The position numbers and the translations under genes were made by a program. Positions 1 through 9,327 of a DNA stretch of 64,000 nt are shown piece by piece. Each line of letters opens with the position of its first letter. Position 1 is the stretch's first letter. The stretch is from positions 27,157-91,156 of the forward strand of contig JBMNON010000002.1 in the NCBI GenBank assembly GCA_050943115.1, read 5' to 3'. The stretch is from Patescibacteria group bacterium. GTDB lineage: Bacteria > Patescibacteriota > Microgenomatia > UBA12405. The notes beneath the pieces were generated by a model that worked only from the letters and a program-made list of their open reading frames with translations, ran no database searches and was not told where the DNA came from.

Positions 1-1
1 C

Positions 2-235
2 ACTAGCGATACGGCTCCTTGGGCACCTACAAGTGGTACGGCCACTCTAGAGGTGTTCCCATCCGATCCGAAGAACGATGCCACTTACTACTATTCATAT
101 TCGAGTTCGTCACCATATTCGACATATTGTGCTTGCGCCAGGTTGGATAATGCTACGGGGAATTCAAATGACCGTAGTTGTAATTTAATTGGTACGGGTA
201 ATGGCCAGTATTATTGTGTTAAGAACCAGCAATGA
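2..235 (+). CDS. Type IV pilin / GspG-like pseudopilin, 3' part (5' end outside window)
   Basis: Frame open from base 2; P(S)DP motif, YSY..Y..CA.L and C-terminal Cys pair mirror the adjacent pilin; ATGA overlap with next gene. Confidence 0.75.
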   Translation, partial: TSDTAPWAPTSGTATLEVFPSDPKNDATYYYSYSSSSPYSTYCACARLDNATGNSNDRSCNLIGTGNGQYYCVKNQQ

Positions 236-639
236 AAAAGCAGGGTTTTACGTTAATTGAATTGATAGTGTCGGTAACGATAATTGCCGTGATAACGGTT
301 TTGGCAGTAGTGAATTTCGGGGGTACCAGTAAAAGGGCCAGGGACAGCCGCAGAATGGCAGACCTGGAAAAAATCAGGGTAGCATTGGAACAAGTCAGGC
401 AGGTGGGGTCTTCTTACCCAAGTGTAGTCGGTAAAGTTCCGACTGGCTTAACGCCAGATTATTTGCAGACCTGGCCTGCCGATCCAAAGGACTCGACTTA
501 TGTATATTGCTATCTGCCAGCCAATCCCAGATATACTTATAGATTGTATGCCAGAGTAGAAGATACAAGCAATGCTAATATAGGTTCGACATCCTGTGGT
601 GGTACTGCGGGTTATAACTACGAAGTCAGAAGCCCTTGA
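232..639 (+). CDS. Type IV pilin / GspG-like prepilin
   Basis: Class III signal peptide KKQG|FTLIE, hydrophobic helix, ARDSRR..DL, P.DP motif. Confidence 0.92.
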   Translation: MKKQGFTLIELIVSVTIIAVITVLAVVNFGGTSKRARDSRRMADLEKIRVALEQVRQVGSSYPSVVGKVPTGLTPDYLQTWPADPKDSTYVYCYLPANPRYTYRLYARVEDTSNANIGSTSCGGTAGYNYEVRSP

Positions 640-640
640 G

Positions 641-1135
641 ATGATGGAAAAGAGAGGTTTTAGTTTTATTGAGCTGATTGTGGTGGTTGCCATAATGGCT
701 TTAATGACAGGCGGGGCGGTGGTTTTTATCAACAGGTTTAATGCCAGGCAAAGGTTTGATATGTCGGTTGAAAAAACGGTAGCTAATTTAAAACTGGCAA
801 AAAACTATGCAGTGACATTGCAGACTCCCAGATCCGATAAGGAGTTGACGGCTGTGGAAGTGACTTTTGATAGCAGCCAGGGAACCATGACAGCAGTTCC
901 CTACCCTACTCCGGATGATAACCCGGGTTTTACTTATTTTAGTAGGAAAGTGACAGAAAGTGGTATTAATGTTTCTGCTTCTTCTACGGTCAGGTTTGCA
1001 CCAGTTACCGGCAAATTGCTGGATAGTGGCCATAAGCTGACAAATTCATCAGTAGATATTAGTTTTAGCTCGGTTGAAGTTGGATCGGCACCAAAAATAA
1101 GGATAGACAGTTCAGGCAGGATAAGCGAAATATAA
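641..1135 (+). CDS. Minor pilin, FimT/FimU/GspH-like
   Basis: KRG|FSFIEL prepilin motif; start moved to ATG 641 just after the upstream stop; C-terminal I.IDSSG.I strand typical of FimT/GspH. Confidence 0.85.
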   Translation: MMEKRGFSFIELIVVVAIMALMTGGAVVFINRFNARQRFDMSVEKTVANLKLAKNYAVTLQTPRSDKELTAVEVTFDSSQGTMTAVPYPTPDDNPGFTYFSRKVTESGINVSASSTVRFAPVTGKLLDSGHKLTNSSVDISFSSVEVGSAPKIRIDSSGRISEI

Positions 1136-1164
1136 CAAGACATTGTTTGTGGTAATCTTAAATA

Positions 1165-1557
1165 ATGAAAGCCAGTGCAAAGGGACAAAGTATGATTGAA
1201 TTGATGTTTTCGGTTGTAATTATCGTTTTGGTGTTAACAGCTGTGGTAGCCCTGTTGGTTAATTCCATGGGGACCAGGAATAAGGGTTATGATAGGAAAA
1301 AAGCCGCTTACATTGCCGAAAAAATAATGGAGGAGTTGGTGGCTTATGAAGATGGTAGTACCAGTGAGTTTTGGGGGGGTAGCCCGGATTATACAAGCTT
1401 TGATACCGGGGATCCGGATTATACATATTCCATATCAGAAGATAATCAGCAAAATTGCGGGCCTGAAGTTTGCAGGAAGGAGGTTGAAGTGACTGTGACG
1501 ATACCCGGGGTAGCAGTTGAAAACGCCGTAAAAATAAGGAGGTTGTTTGCTAAATGA
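1165..1557 (+). CDS. Minor pilin, PilV/GspI-like
   Basis: KG|QSMIEL prepilin motif; A..IAEKIMEEL helix; position in minor pilin series. Confidence 0.8.
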   Translation: MKASAKGQSMIELMFSVVIIVLVLTAVVALLVNSMGTRNKGYDRKKAAYIAEKIMEELVAYEDGSTSEFWGGSPDYTSFDTGDPDYTYSISEDNQQNCGPEVCRKEVEVTVTIPGVAVENAVKIRRLFAK

Positions 1558-2060
1558 TTAAAAATAAAAGAGGTTTTACATTTATTGAAATTGTGATTGC
1601 TTTGGCAATTATTTCAGTCATTTTAATTGCCGTAACAGGAACCATGATGGATAGTTTTAAGGCAAAAAACAGGATTGTATACTCAGACACCATCCAACAA
1701 AATGGTAGTTTTGTGGTAATGGAGTTGAGGAAACATGTATTAAATTCCGTACCGGAAAAAATTGTTTGTTCCGGTGATAGCATTGAGTTAACAAATAAAA
1801 AAAATGCTGAAACTACAACTTTAGTTTGTGTTGATGGTGCATCGGGACATATTGCTTCCGTGTCAGCCACAAGGGATGTGCGGCTAACCAGCGACGATGT
1901 CAGTTTAAATAACTGTGGCAATTTTGTTAGCTGTGAACCAGTTGGGGGTCCCTATAGCAAGGTGACTTTTAATTTTACTTTAATTCCGGAAAATACCGAT
2001 CCGGGTGTCGCAGAGGCGGTGCAGAAAGATTTTTCAACAGTGGTGTCAGTTAGAAACTAA
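1554..2060 (+). CDS. Minor pilin, PilW/GspJ-like
   Basis: KRG|FTFIEI prepilin motif; C-terminal T.VSVRN typical of PilW-like proteins. Confidence 0.85.
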   Translation: MIKNKRGFTFIEIVIALAIISVILIAVTGTMMDSFKAKNRIVYSDTIQQNGSFVVMELRKHVLNSVPEKIVCSGDSIELTNKKNAETTTLVCVDGASGHIASVSATRDVRLTSDDVSLNNCGNFVSCEPVGGPYSKVTFNFTLIPENTDPGVAEAVQKDFSTVVSVRN

Positions 2061-2187
2061 TTTTTCCCATTAGGTGTTATTTTGATACGGTTTAATTTGT
2101 GTATTATAGGTTAATTTTATTAATGTGTAATAAATATGTATAACGTGTTAGGCTGCAGATATTTAAGTGATTAATTAGACCTATAGT

Positions 2188-2216
2188 TTGACATAAAAGA
2201 CAGTATTTTGTATAAT
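2188..2216 (+). promoter_or_regulatory. Perfect sigma70 consensus promoter
   Basis: TTGACA (2188-2193), 17 bp spacer, TATAAT (2211-2216). Confidence 0.85.
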
Positions 2217-2223
2217 TACTGTA

Positions 2224-2268
2224 ATGTTGAAGCAACAGTTTGCAGGAAACATATTCTTAAAGGTTTAA
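2224..2268 (+). CDS. Candidate leaderless 14-aa uORF MLKQQFAGNIFLKV
   Basis: ATG 7 nt after TATAAT, the spacing seen for many leaderless genes in this window; followed by a terminator. Confidence 0.45.
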   Translation: MLKQQFAGNIFLKV

Positions 2269-2277
2269 TTATTTAAT

Positions 2278-2300
2278 CCGGCCCTTTGGCCGGTTTTTTT
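2278..2300 (+). terminator. Intrinsic terminator directly before the lipoprotein ATG
   Basis: CCGGCC-CTTT-GGCCGG followed by T7, then ATG at 2301. Confidence 0.8.
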
Positions 2301-4010
2301 ATGAGTAGTTTGAAGGAAAAATTAGTAAGATCCACGGCTGCTTTTACTATAGCTTGGACTATGGCTGCGTGTGGAACTGTTGAAGAATCAGTAAGTCATG
2401 TAGAGGTAACGCCGATTATCGTTAGGGTTAATACTTCTAATCCAGACAGTACAGAAAACATATTAACAGCTGATGTTGCACCAAACGATGAGGACTCAAC
2501 AAGTTTTGAATCAGAAGTGAGTCAAGAGTGGCAAGGAAAATTTTGGGATATAGGCAGGAGCACTTCGTTCTCCGGAGGTTTGGAGTTAGATAGCTATGAG
2601 GAGGAGATGCAAACATTTCGAAATGAGATTGCCATAAAAGCCGAGGAGTATGGTTTTGGGGTTGAAAGTGTAGAACTGGTTCTTGTTGGCAACAACGCTA
2701 GTGTAGTAGAAAAAGATGGGCGGGTAGAGCAATCCGCACCCAGTGAATATTATGGGTTGATGGTGGTCGAGGACAAGGTGGTTTGTTTTACAAAGAATAA
2801 TGAGGGTATACAGGTCGACCAGAGCTGTAATTGGTTTAAAAAAAGCCAAAATATTTGGGGGCAAGATTATAGCCTTCAAGTAGTGGCATCTCCAGGGGGA
2901 GAGGCGTTGGTTTCATTGTTGATTAAAGAAGAAGATGATAATATTCAGATGTTTCGACTAAGGCATGACCAGTTGGGTGAGGTGGTTACTTTGGAGGAGG
3001 TGTCGGTTGATGGAGAAATGTATCAGGATGAGAACAGGGTGTGGATTCTGGATGGTGACTTGGTGCCGACCGGAGAGGCTCCGATTTCCGGAGTATTGAT
3101 TGCTGGGACAAATAGCGAAGATCTGACAAAAACTTTTTTGCTGGAGTGTCAACCTATCGAACTTGAGGGGGATTTTAAACAGGGTATAGTTTTTGGATTG
3201 GTGGATTTGGCAAAAGGAAGTATTCCGATTGCCATGGTAGGCACTGACGGAATACAGAAGGATATTGGTTATTTTAATTTGGCAGATGGTTCCTGGAACG
3301 GAATGGATGGCTATGCTGATGTAAATGTTTTATTCGATGAGACTGCAAAATATGCAGAACATGTCGGGGCCATTGATCTTGAAGGTTTTCATAGCCAATG
3401 GAATATGGAAAGTGAAAGAATTGAGTATGTGGACACAAATGGTAAAGCAATTGCTTTTTGGAGCGAAAATGGAAGGATTGAATTAATGCCAGGTGTTGTA
3501 GAGTTAGATTTTTTTGCGCACAGAGGATTGTTTGCTGAAGAAACCGCACAGGTAATTGCCCAGAATTATTCCGAATCAGGCAAGATGCCGCTTCCTATTC
3601 GCTTGCCGAGTGAGGGGTCGATAACGGAAACGACTTCTTTTGGATTGTCGACATTAAGTCTGTCCGGCATTGGTGATAACCAACCAGTAATTGCCTTCAG
3701 TACAGGAACTATTATGAGAGTAATGGTGACAGCCGGAAGTGCTGAGAATGATTCAGTTAAATTTCAGACTGCATCGGGAGATATTTATTATTTAACAGGA
3801 AAAATTAGTAATGGTAATCTTGCATTTTCCGAAGTTGAACCTGGAGATGTGATGTATGTGGCTACCACGCCGGACTTTAGCCAGTTGCCGATAGAAGCCC
3901 AAAGAGAGGCATTTATAATAATTGACAGGTGTGCTCCTGGTAATGAGAAAAGTGTCGGTTTGGCGGATTTAATGAGAGATGATTTGGGTAGAATAATTGT
4001 AAGTAAGTAG
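2301..4010 (+). CDS. Large acidic lipoprotein with possible degenerate C-terminal M23/LytM-like domain
   Basis: Basic N-terminus, hydrophobic stretch, lipobox MAAC|G; C-terminal QPVIAFSTGTI...EVEPGDVM pattern without Zn ligands. Confidence 0.65.
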   Translation: MSSLKEKLVRSTAAFTIAWTMAACGTVEESVSHVEVTPIIVRVNTSNPDSTENILTADVAPNDEDSTSFESEVSQEWQGKFWDIGRSTSFSGGLELDSYEEEMQTFRNEIAIKAEEYGFGVESVELVLVGNNASVVEKDGRVEQSAPSEYYGLMVVEDKVVCFTKNNEGIQVDQSCNWFKKSQNIWGQDYSLQVVASPGGEALVSLLIKEEDDNIQMFRLRHDQLGEVVTLEEVSVDGEMYQDENRVWILDGDLVPTGEAPISGVLIAGTNSEDLTKTFLLECQPIELEGDFKQGIVFGLVDLAKGSIPIAMVGTDGIQKDIGYFNLADGSWNGMDGYADVNVLFDETAKYAEHVGAIDLEGFHSQWNMESERIEYVDTNGKAIAFWSENGRIELMPGVVELDFFAHRGLFAEETAQVIAQNYSESGKMPLPIRLPSEGSITETTSFGLSTLSLSGIGDNQPVIAFSTGTIMRVMVTAGSAENDSVKFQTASGDIYYLTGKISNGNLAFSEVEPGDVMYVATTPDFSQLPIEAQREAFIIIDRCAPGNEKSVGLADLMRDDLGRIIVSK

Positions 4011-4067
4011 TATTGTCTGCCTGTTTATATTATTGCTCAAGGGAGTAATTGCTTGTATCATGATTGT

Positions 4068-4616
4068 ATGATACGAAGATTGTGGTTGTTATGGGCAATA
4101 ATTCTTGTTTTAATTGTTGGCTTAGTTTCTTGTTTTTTTATTTGGCGAAAAAATACAAGAGAAAATAACTTCACCAATAACAATAGTGATGTTGCGACAA
4201 TTGGAAGCACTGAAGATCCATTTAAACCCAGTGAGGTTCGGTTTGAAGAAATAGTAGCACCACCAGTGAAAAGAGATTATGTTGACGGGTATGGCGTGGA
4301 TGCTGATATTAGACGACTGTCATTAACTCTACCTATAGGAGAAGAGGTTTACACAATATTTGAAGGTGAAATAGCATGGGTAAGTAAAGATGAAGAATCG
4401 ACCAGTATTTTAGTGAAGAATAGCGAGGGGTGGATGGCTTCGTATATTGTTGTTGGTGAAAGTTTAGTAGAGGTAGGGCAGAAAGTGGGAACAACAGATG
4501 TGATTGCCCGGATAGATGAGGGTGTGGGAATAAGCTGTGTGGGAGGAAACAATTTTTCAATATCAATTTCCAATGAGAGTGGGGATGTTATTTTTAATAA
4601 GAATATATTTAAGTAA
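4068..4616 (+). CDS. Membrane-anchored degenerate M23 (LytM) peptidase-fold protein
   Basis: N-terminal TM helix; GEEVYTIFEGEI...ILVKNSEG..SY...VEVGQKV...IARI matches M23 fold but HxxxD and HxH are absent; start at ATG 4068, 6 nt after TATCAT. Confidence 0.7.
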   Translation: MIRRLWLLWAIILVLIVGLVSCFFIWRKNTRENNFTNNNSDVATIGSTEDPFKPSEVRFEEIVAPPVKRDYVDGYGVDADIRRLSLTLPIGEEVYTIFEGEIAWVSKDEESTSILVKNSEGWMASYIVVGESLVEVGQKVGTTDVIARIDEGVGISCVGGNNFSISISNESGDVIFNKNIFK

Positions 4617-7466
4617 ATGTTGGTAAAAAAAACTATTTTTGGTGTTTTACTATTTTTAATAGTAACTCTTGTTTTTGGAAGGGGGGTTGCGGGAGCGTTA
4701 GAGCCCGGTTGTTTTAATTGTGTGGCGTCAAAAAGTTGGGAGGAATGTCTTTCCATATGTTATCCTCCATGCCCGAACGCTTCGGGTGTTACCGTACCTG
4801 ATAGTTTTTGTGGAAGTAGAAATAATGTGTGTTGTACGAGCGGAGGTTGTTCATCCCCTTGCGGTACCCTGCCCCAGTGGGGCTGGTGTTATGCTAGTGA
4901 ATGTCGGGCATATCCAGTAAGAAATGTTCTAGGTATGTGCCGTTATGAGTTTGATTACTCTTATAGTAATTGCGGAGCGGTAGACAGTTGTCAGGGAGGA
5001 TCGTTTTTAAAATCAGGTTTGTGTAGTTCCGGCGGCTGTACTGTTGGAGGGAACTACAAAGCTTGTTGTGTCGGATCAAATTTGGTAAATTGCGCCGGAG
5101 GAACTTTTTCCGGAACTTGTCCGGGCGGGTCGGTGACAAAATTTTGCGGGTTTGATGGCCATCCACCATGTGATGCTAGCGCTTGTGCGGGTCCTTCTGT
5201 GCCAGCTGATCCTCTAGCGACGCCCACTCCGCTCCCGCCAACCGGGGGTAATTGCTCCGGATGCCCTTGGTGGCAACAGGATTATAACGATTGCGGTTGG
5301 TGTACAAATTCTAGTCAATGTAATGGCAGCGGGTTATGTAATAAAAGAACTATTTCGGTTCCTTCCTGTGGTGAATGTGAAGCATCGGGGTGGACGCTTC
5401 ACAATTGCAATATTTGTTGCAGCACGCCTGGGGATGTAAGGTGTTGTGGTTGCGGAGGATCGGTGCCCGATGATCCTCCTTGTACTCCCAATTGTGCTTG
5501 TTCCAGCACAACTTGTATTGGACAGACTTGTTCGGACGGGTGCGGAGGTAGGTGTAATGGAACTATGGATTGTAATATATGTGGCTACGTGAGAGCCGGG
5601 TTATCTAACAGAAGCGTTTCCGGTTATTCTGTAAATATATATAATGACCGGACAAGAACAACCAGCACTTTGACTACGGATTCAGAGGGGAAGTTTAGAT
5701 TATCTGGGGTACAGCGTGGAGATGCATATGCTGTAAGGCCAAGTACCAGTGCGTTTCCACAAGGATTGACCGGCCCTCCACAAAACATATATGACCAAAC
5801 TTCTTTTGAAATGCAAAGTTTTGGTGGACTGCCGGATTGTTCATCAGCTTGTAACTGTAATTTTAAATTAAACGTCAGGCCGGTTTATACAAACTTAATT
5901 GTAAGAAATTCAGCTAATACTGCTATCGTAAATCCTGACGCTCAGGGGAGGAATCACATTTGCCAAGTTGATTTTGTTAACAGAAGGGCCAGATTTATTG
6001 TGACTGTTACTGATGAGGATGGCGGTGATACTATAGAAAAAGTATTTTTAAGGTTTGTCAAAGACGGTGTGGGTAAAACCTATTATGTTGAAGCAATTGG
6101 AGATGTGGAGGGCATGGTTAACGTAAAATTTCATGATAGTGAGTCTGGCCAGACAATAAATTATGGTGTGGCCGCATATACACATTACAGCGGGACATCG
6201 AGAACGGTTGAGTTCCAAATAGATTTTCCGGCTACTTTTACCACAAAATTATACGATCTAAGGGTGTATGCTGAAGATGAAAATGGCATTGGGACATATA
6301 CTGATGGTGATAATGACGGGTACGATAAAACCTGGATATTCACAAACAGAAAATTTAAAATTTGGGATTGCAAGGTTTTGGTAACAGGTACCTTGTATGA
6401 TGGTTCGGCGGTGGAACAAATTCATTGTCCGACAGGGACAGGATATTCAACTGCCTATCCTAACGATGAAGCCGATTTTACCGGTTTTGATTTTGTATTG
6501 TATGGCGGAGGAAGCCTGAAGATGACGGCAAATTCAGAAAGTGACTATCATCCTGAAGGTTATCCATCGGATAAAAATAATTATTTAGTCTGGGGGAAAA
6601 GTTATTACCCGGAGTTTAATGATCAATTGCAAGCTAACGACCCAGCCCAAAACAGTATGAGAGTAAACCAGGTTACTTGTGTTGATACTTTGCTTGTTGA
6701 TGCGGATGCTTATGCGAGCAACCCGGCAATGCGGGTCGATTTTACTACTATAAAGTGGCAGCCACCTTGGTTTCAATCTATTGGCGGTGGTGTTTTGGGC
6801 CAGGGGGTGGTGTGGAATAAAGCACCGGTGACTTGTAGGGATTTGTGTGTACCGGTATTGTCCCTGGGAGAAACGAGCATGCCGGGCAACTTTATTGATA
6901 ATAATGGTATAGTCACCGGAGGAGATTTGCAAAGCTATATTCCCCTATCAAATAATTTCTCCTGGCCGAGAAACTTTTATAAGGCAAGCAATGTTGTTGA
7001 TCCAAGTTATGGTTACGATTATTTTTTGAATAAGTTTCATGTCGAGAAGGAGTATGGGACGGTTTGGCCTGGGGATAGTGTGAATTTGAGTAGTTTAACA
7101 AGCAACGCCGATGGAATACACTTTGTTTCCGGAGATTTAGTTTTGGATGCAAATAAAATTGTTAATACCGATAACTTTTTCCTGGTAGTGGTTGGCGGTG
7201 ATATTATTGCCAATAATCCGGCTGTAAATAGGGTGGACGGTATTTATGCGGCAGACGGAAACTTTGATATCAGCCAAGAAGCTAGCGAAAAATTGCTAAT
7301 TAATGGTAGTATTTATGTAAGAGGCAGTTTTATGTCGAACAGATCCTATATAGACAAGAGTATCAATAATACAAACCCGGCGGTGGTTGTCCACTATCGT
7401 CCTGCCTTCCTCTTTAAAGCGCCGACAGAATTATTTAAAATTTTAACAAGATATTATGATGACTAA
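4617..7466 (+). CDS. Secreted 949-aa cysteine-rich multidomain protein, candidate pilus-associated adhesin
   Basis: Signal peptide; about 47 Cys in the first ~325 aa; Pro/Thr linker; Cna-B/carboxypeptidase-regulatory-like segment (TTDSEGKFRLSGV..G..Y); DGDNDG motif; overlaps pilX-like gene. Confidence 0.75.
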   Translation: MLVKKTIFGVLLFLIVTLVFGRGVAGALEPGCFNCVASKSWEECLSICYPPCPNASGVTVPDSFCGSRNNVCCTSGGCSSPCGTLPQWGWCYASECRAYPVRNVLGMCRYEFDYSYSNCGAVDSCQGGSFLKSGLCSSGGCTVGGNYKACCVGSNLVNCAGGTFSGTCPGGSVTKFCGFDGHPPCDASACAGPSVPADPLATPTPLPPTGGNCSGCPWWQQDYNDCGWCTNSSQCNGSGLCNKRTISVPSCGECEASGWTLHNCNICCSTPGDVRCCGCGGSVPDDPPCTPNCACSSTTCIGQTCSDGCGGRCNGTMDCNICGYVRAGLSNRSVSGYSVNIYNDRTRTTSTLTTDSEGKFRLSGVQRGDAYAVRPSTSAFPQGLTGPPQNIYDQTSFEMQSFGGLPDCSSACNCNFKLNVRPVYTNLIVRNSANTAIVNPDAQGRNHICQVDFVNRRARFIVTVTDEDGGDTIEKVFLRFVKDGVGKTYYVEAIGDVEGMVNVKFHDSESGQTINYGVAAYTHYSGTSRTVEFQIDFPATFTTKLYDLRVYAEDENGIGTYTDGDNDGYDKTWIFTNRKFKIWDCKVLVTGTLYDGSAVEQIHCPTGTGYSTAYPNDEADFTGFDFVLYGGGSLKMTANSESDYHPEGYPSDKNNYLVWGKSYYPEFNDQLQANDPAQNSMRVNQVTCVDTLLVDADAYASNPAMRVDFTTIKWQPPWFQSIGGGVLGQGVVWNKAPVTCRDLCVPVLSLGETSMPGNFIDNNGIVTGGDLQSYIPLSNNFSWPRNFYKASNVVDPSYGYDYFLNKFHVEKEYGTVWPGDSVNLSSLTSNADGIHFVSGDLVLDANKIVNTDNFFLVVVGGDIIANNPAVNRVDGIYAADGNFDISQEASEKLLINGSIYVRGSFMSNRSYIDKSINNTNPAVVVHYRPAFLFKAPTELFKILTRYYDD

Positions 7467-8280
7467 AAGAAAAGTTAAGGGAAATAATGGCCAAATAGCA
7501 TTAATAGTTTTGTTGATCTCTGCGGTGATTTTGACTTTGGGATTGTCGATTTCCAGAAAGACAGTGGTGGAAACCAGGATTGATACTGACGAAGAATTAT
7601 TGAAGCAGGCGTTTAATGCAGCAGAATCGGGAGTAGAGTATTACTTGTCGACAGGTAATACTACTTATACGATGGAAGATGGAAGCGTGGCAACAGTACA
7701 AAGCGATAGCATTGCAGAGGGGGAGACGGTAGTGGATTTTGACGAGGTGACTTTACAAAACCAAAACACGGTGTTTTGGCTGGCTCCGCATAATACTGAC
7801 GGGACTGTTATTACGGGTGGGGCCGATGCTTATATGGGGTCAAGCGTTAACCTTTGTGTCTATGAATCTTTTAACGGTGCCCTAAAAGTTGACTATTTTT
7901 ATCATGACGGAACTTATAAGGTGAAAAGGTGGGGTTACAATATCGGAAGCGATTTTCAAGTTAACGGTTTTTCAAATGTAACGACAGGAAGCTGTACCGG
8001 TAAGCCAGGGATGAAACAAATAACAATAACCGAGTTGGAGGTTGGAGACGGACTAATGTTGGCCGTTACACCTTTGGGTGCCAACACAAAATTTGTGTTA
8101 CAGAGTCCGGACGCAAATGATTTCCCTTCTCAGGGGGAGGAGATTACCGGGTTGGGTAGTGTGGCTGATGAGACGCAGTCCAGTGCTGGGACAGTAACGA
8201 GCCGCGTGAAGGTCTTTAATGTTTATAAAATCCCTTCCTTTATGTTGGATGCTGTTACTTCTTTGAGCAGTATCAATTAG
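7456..8280 (+). CDS. PilX/GspK-like minor pilin
   Basis: NG|QIALIVLL prepilin motif lacking Glu5; QAFNAAESGVE motif characteristic of PilX N-termini. Confidence 0.85.
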   Translation: MMTKRKVKGNNGQIALIVLLISAVILTLGLSISRKTVVETRIDTDEELLKQAFNAAESGVEYYLSTGNTTYTMEDGSVATVQSDSIAEGETVVDFDEVTLQNQNTVFWLAPHNTDGTVITGGADAYMGSSVNLCVYESFNGALKVDYFYHDGTYKVKRWGYNIGSDFQVNGFSNVTTGSCTGKPGMKQITITELEVGDGLMLAVTPLGANTKFVLQSPDANDFPSQGEEITGLGSVADETQSSAGTVTSRVKVFNVYKIPSFMLDAVTSLSSIN

Positions 8281-8298
8281 TCTGTATACTAAATTAGT

Positions 8299-9327
8299 AT
8301 GAGCAATATTATCGGAATAGATGTTGGTGTCGGCAGTGTTAAGGCCGTATCTGTAAACCACGAGGACAAGGGCTTTGTATTGGAAACTATTGGGGAAGTG
8401 AATACACCCCGGGTTGAGTGGTTGAAAGGTGATAGTAAAAACAAGGCGATTGATACGATTGCGGATACTATCAAAAAATTGCTCGGTGATATCAAATGCA
8501 GGTCTCGGCAGGTGGTGACTTGTTTACCTGAAGACGAAGTGGTTAGTCGGCTTATCCACTTGCCTCCACTAAAAGAAAGCGAGATTAAAGACGCTTTGCA
8601 GTTTGAAGCGGAGACTTTTGTTCCTTTTCCACTTGACGAAGTTTCAATTGATTACGAAGTTATAAATACCGATGATACCGGTAGGATATCGGTATTTGCC
8701 ATTGCTGCCAGAAATGAAGTCATTAACTCTTATGTAAAATTATTCAGAAAAGTTGGCTTGGAACTGTTGGCTTTGGAGTCCCCCGCCCTGGCAATGCGCA
8801 GAGCTGTGAATTTTGCCCTTTCTCAGGTAAGCGGCATAATATTTGTAGACATGGGAGAAAAGTTTTCCGATATTATCAGTATTTATAAAAGCAACGTTTA
8901 CTTTACCAGATCAATGTCGATGGGCGGCGATTCCCTGACAAGGGCAATTTCCCTCAACTTGGGATTGGATATGTCGTCTGCCGAAGAGTACAAAAAAGCT
9001 TATGGTATGAGAGAAACCGAGTTGGAAGGGAAAATTAAAACGGCCATGCTGCCGGTTTTTAATAGTATGGCAGAAGAGATACGAAAATCGATGGCTTTGT
9101 TCAGGGAGACAGTCGGATCTTCACCGGAATTGCTGGTGTTAAGCGGTGGAGGGGCTAATTTACCTGGATTTGCCGAAGAATTGACTAGACTACTTGGTGT
9201 TGAAGTTCAAGTTATCCAACCTTTTATAAACATTGATACTAGCAGACAGGCCAGTTTTATGAACTATAACTCAGAGGGTTGTAGATTTACATTAGCGGTT
9301 GGGCTAGCTCTGAGGAGTGTGATATGA
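8299..9327 (+). CDS. pilM: Type IV pilus assembly protein PilM
   Basis: IGIDVG actin-like ATPase motif, VPFPLDEV.IDY, VDMG, LSGGGA, AVGLALR. Confidence 0.95.
   Translation: MSNIIGIDVGVGSVKAVSVNHEDKGFVLETIGEVNTPRVEWLKGDSKNKAIDTIADTIKKLLGDIKCRSRQVVTCLPEDEVVSRLIHLPPLKESEIKDALQFEAETFVPFPLDEVSIDYEVINTDDTGRISVFAIAARNEVINSYVKLFRKVGLELLALESPALAMRRAVNFALSQVSGIIFVDMGEKFSDIISIYKSNVYFTRSMSMGGDSLTRAISLNLGLDMSSAEEYKKAYGMRETELEGKIKTAMLPVFNSMAEEIRKSMALFRETVGSSPELLVLSGGGANLPGFAEELTRLLGVEVQVIQPFINIDTSRQASFMNYNSEGCRFTLAVGLALRSVI

Noticed and set aside
5714-5722. RGD tripeptide in the giant Cys-rich protein (integrin binding as in some PilY1)
   Set aside because: A single tripeptide in 949 aa is expected by chance, and it sits in a predicted structural turn of a Cna-B-like domain
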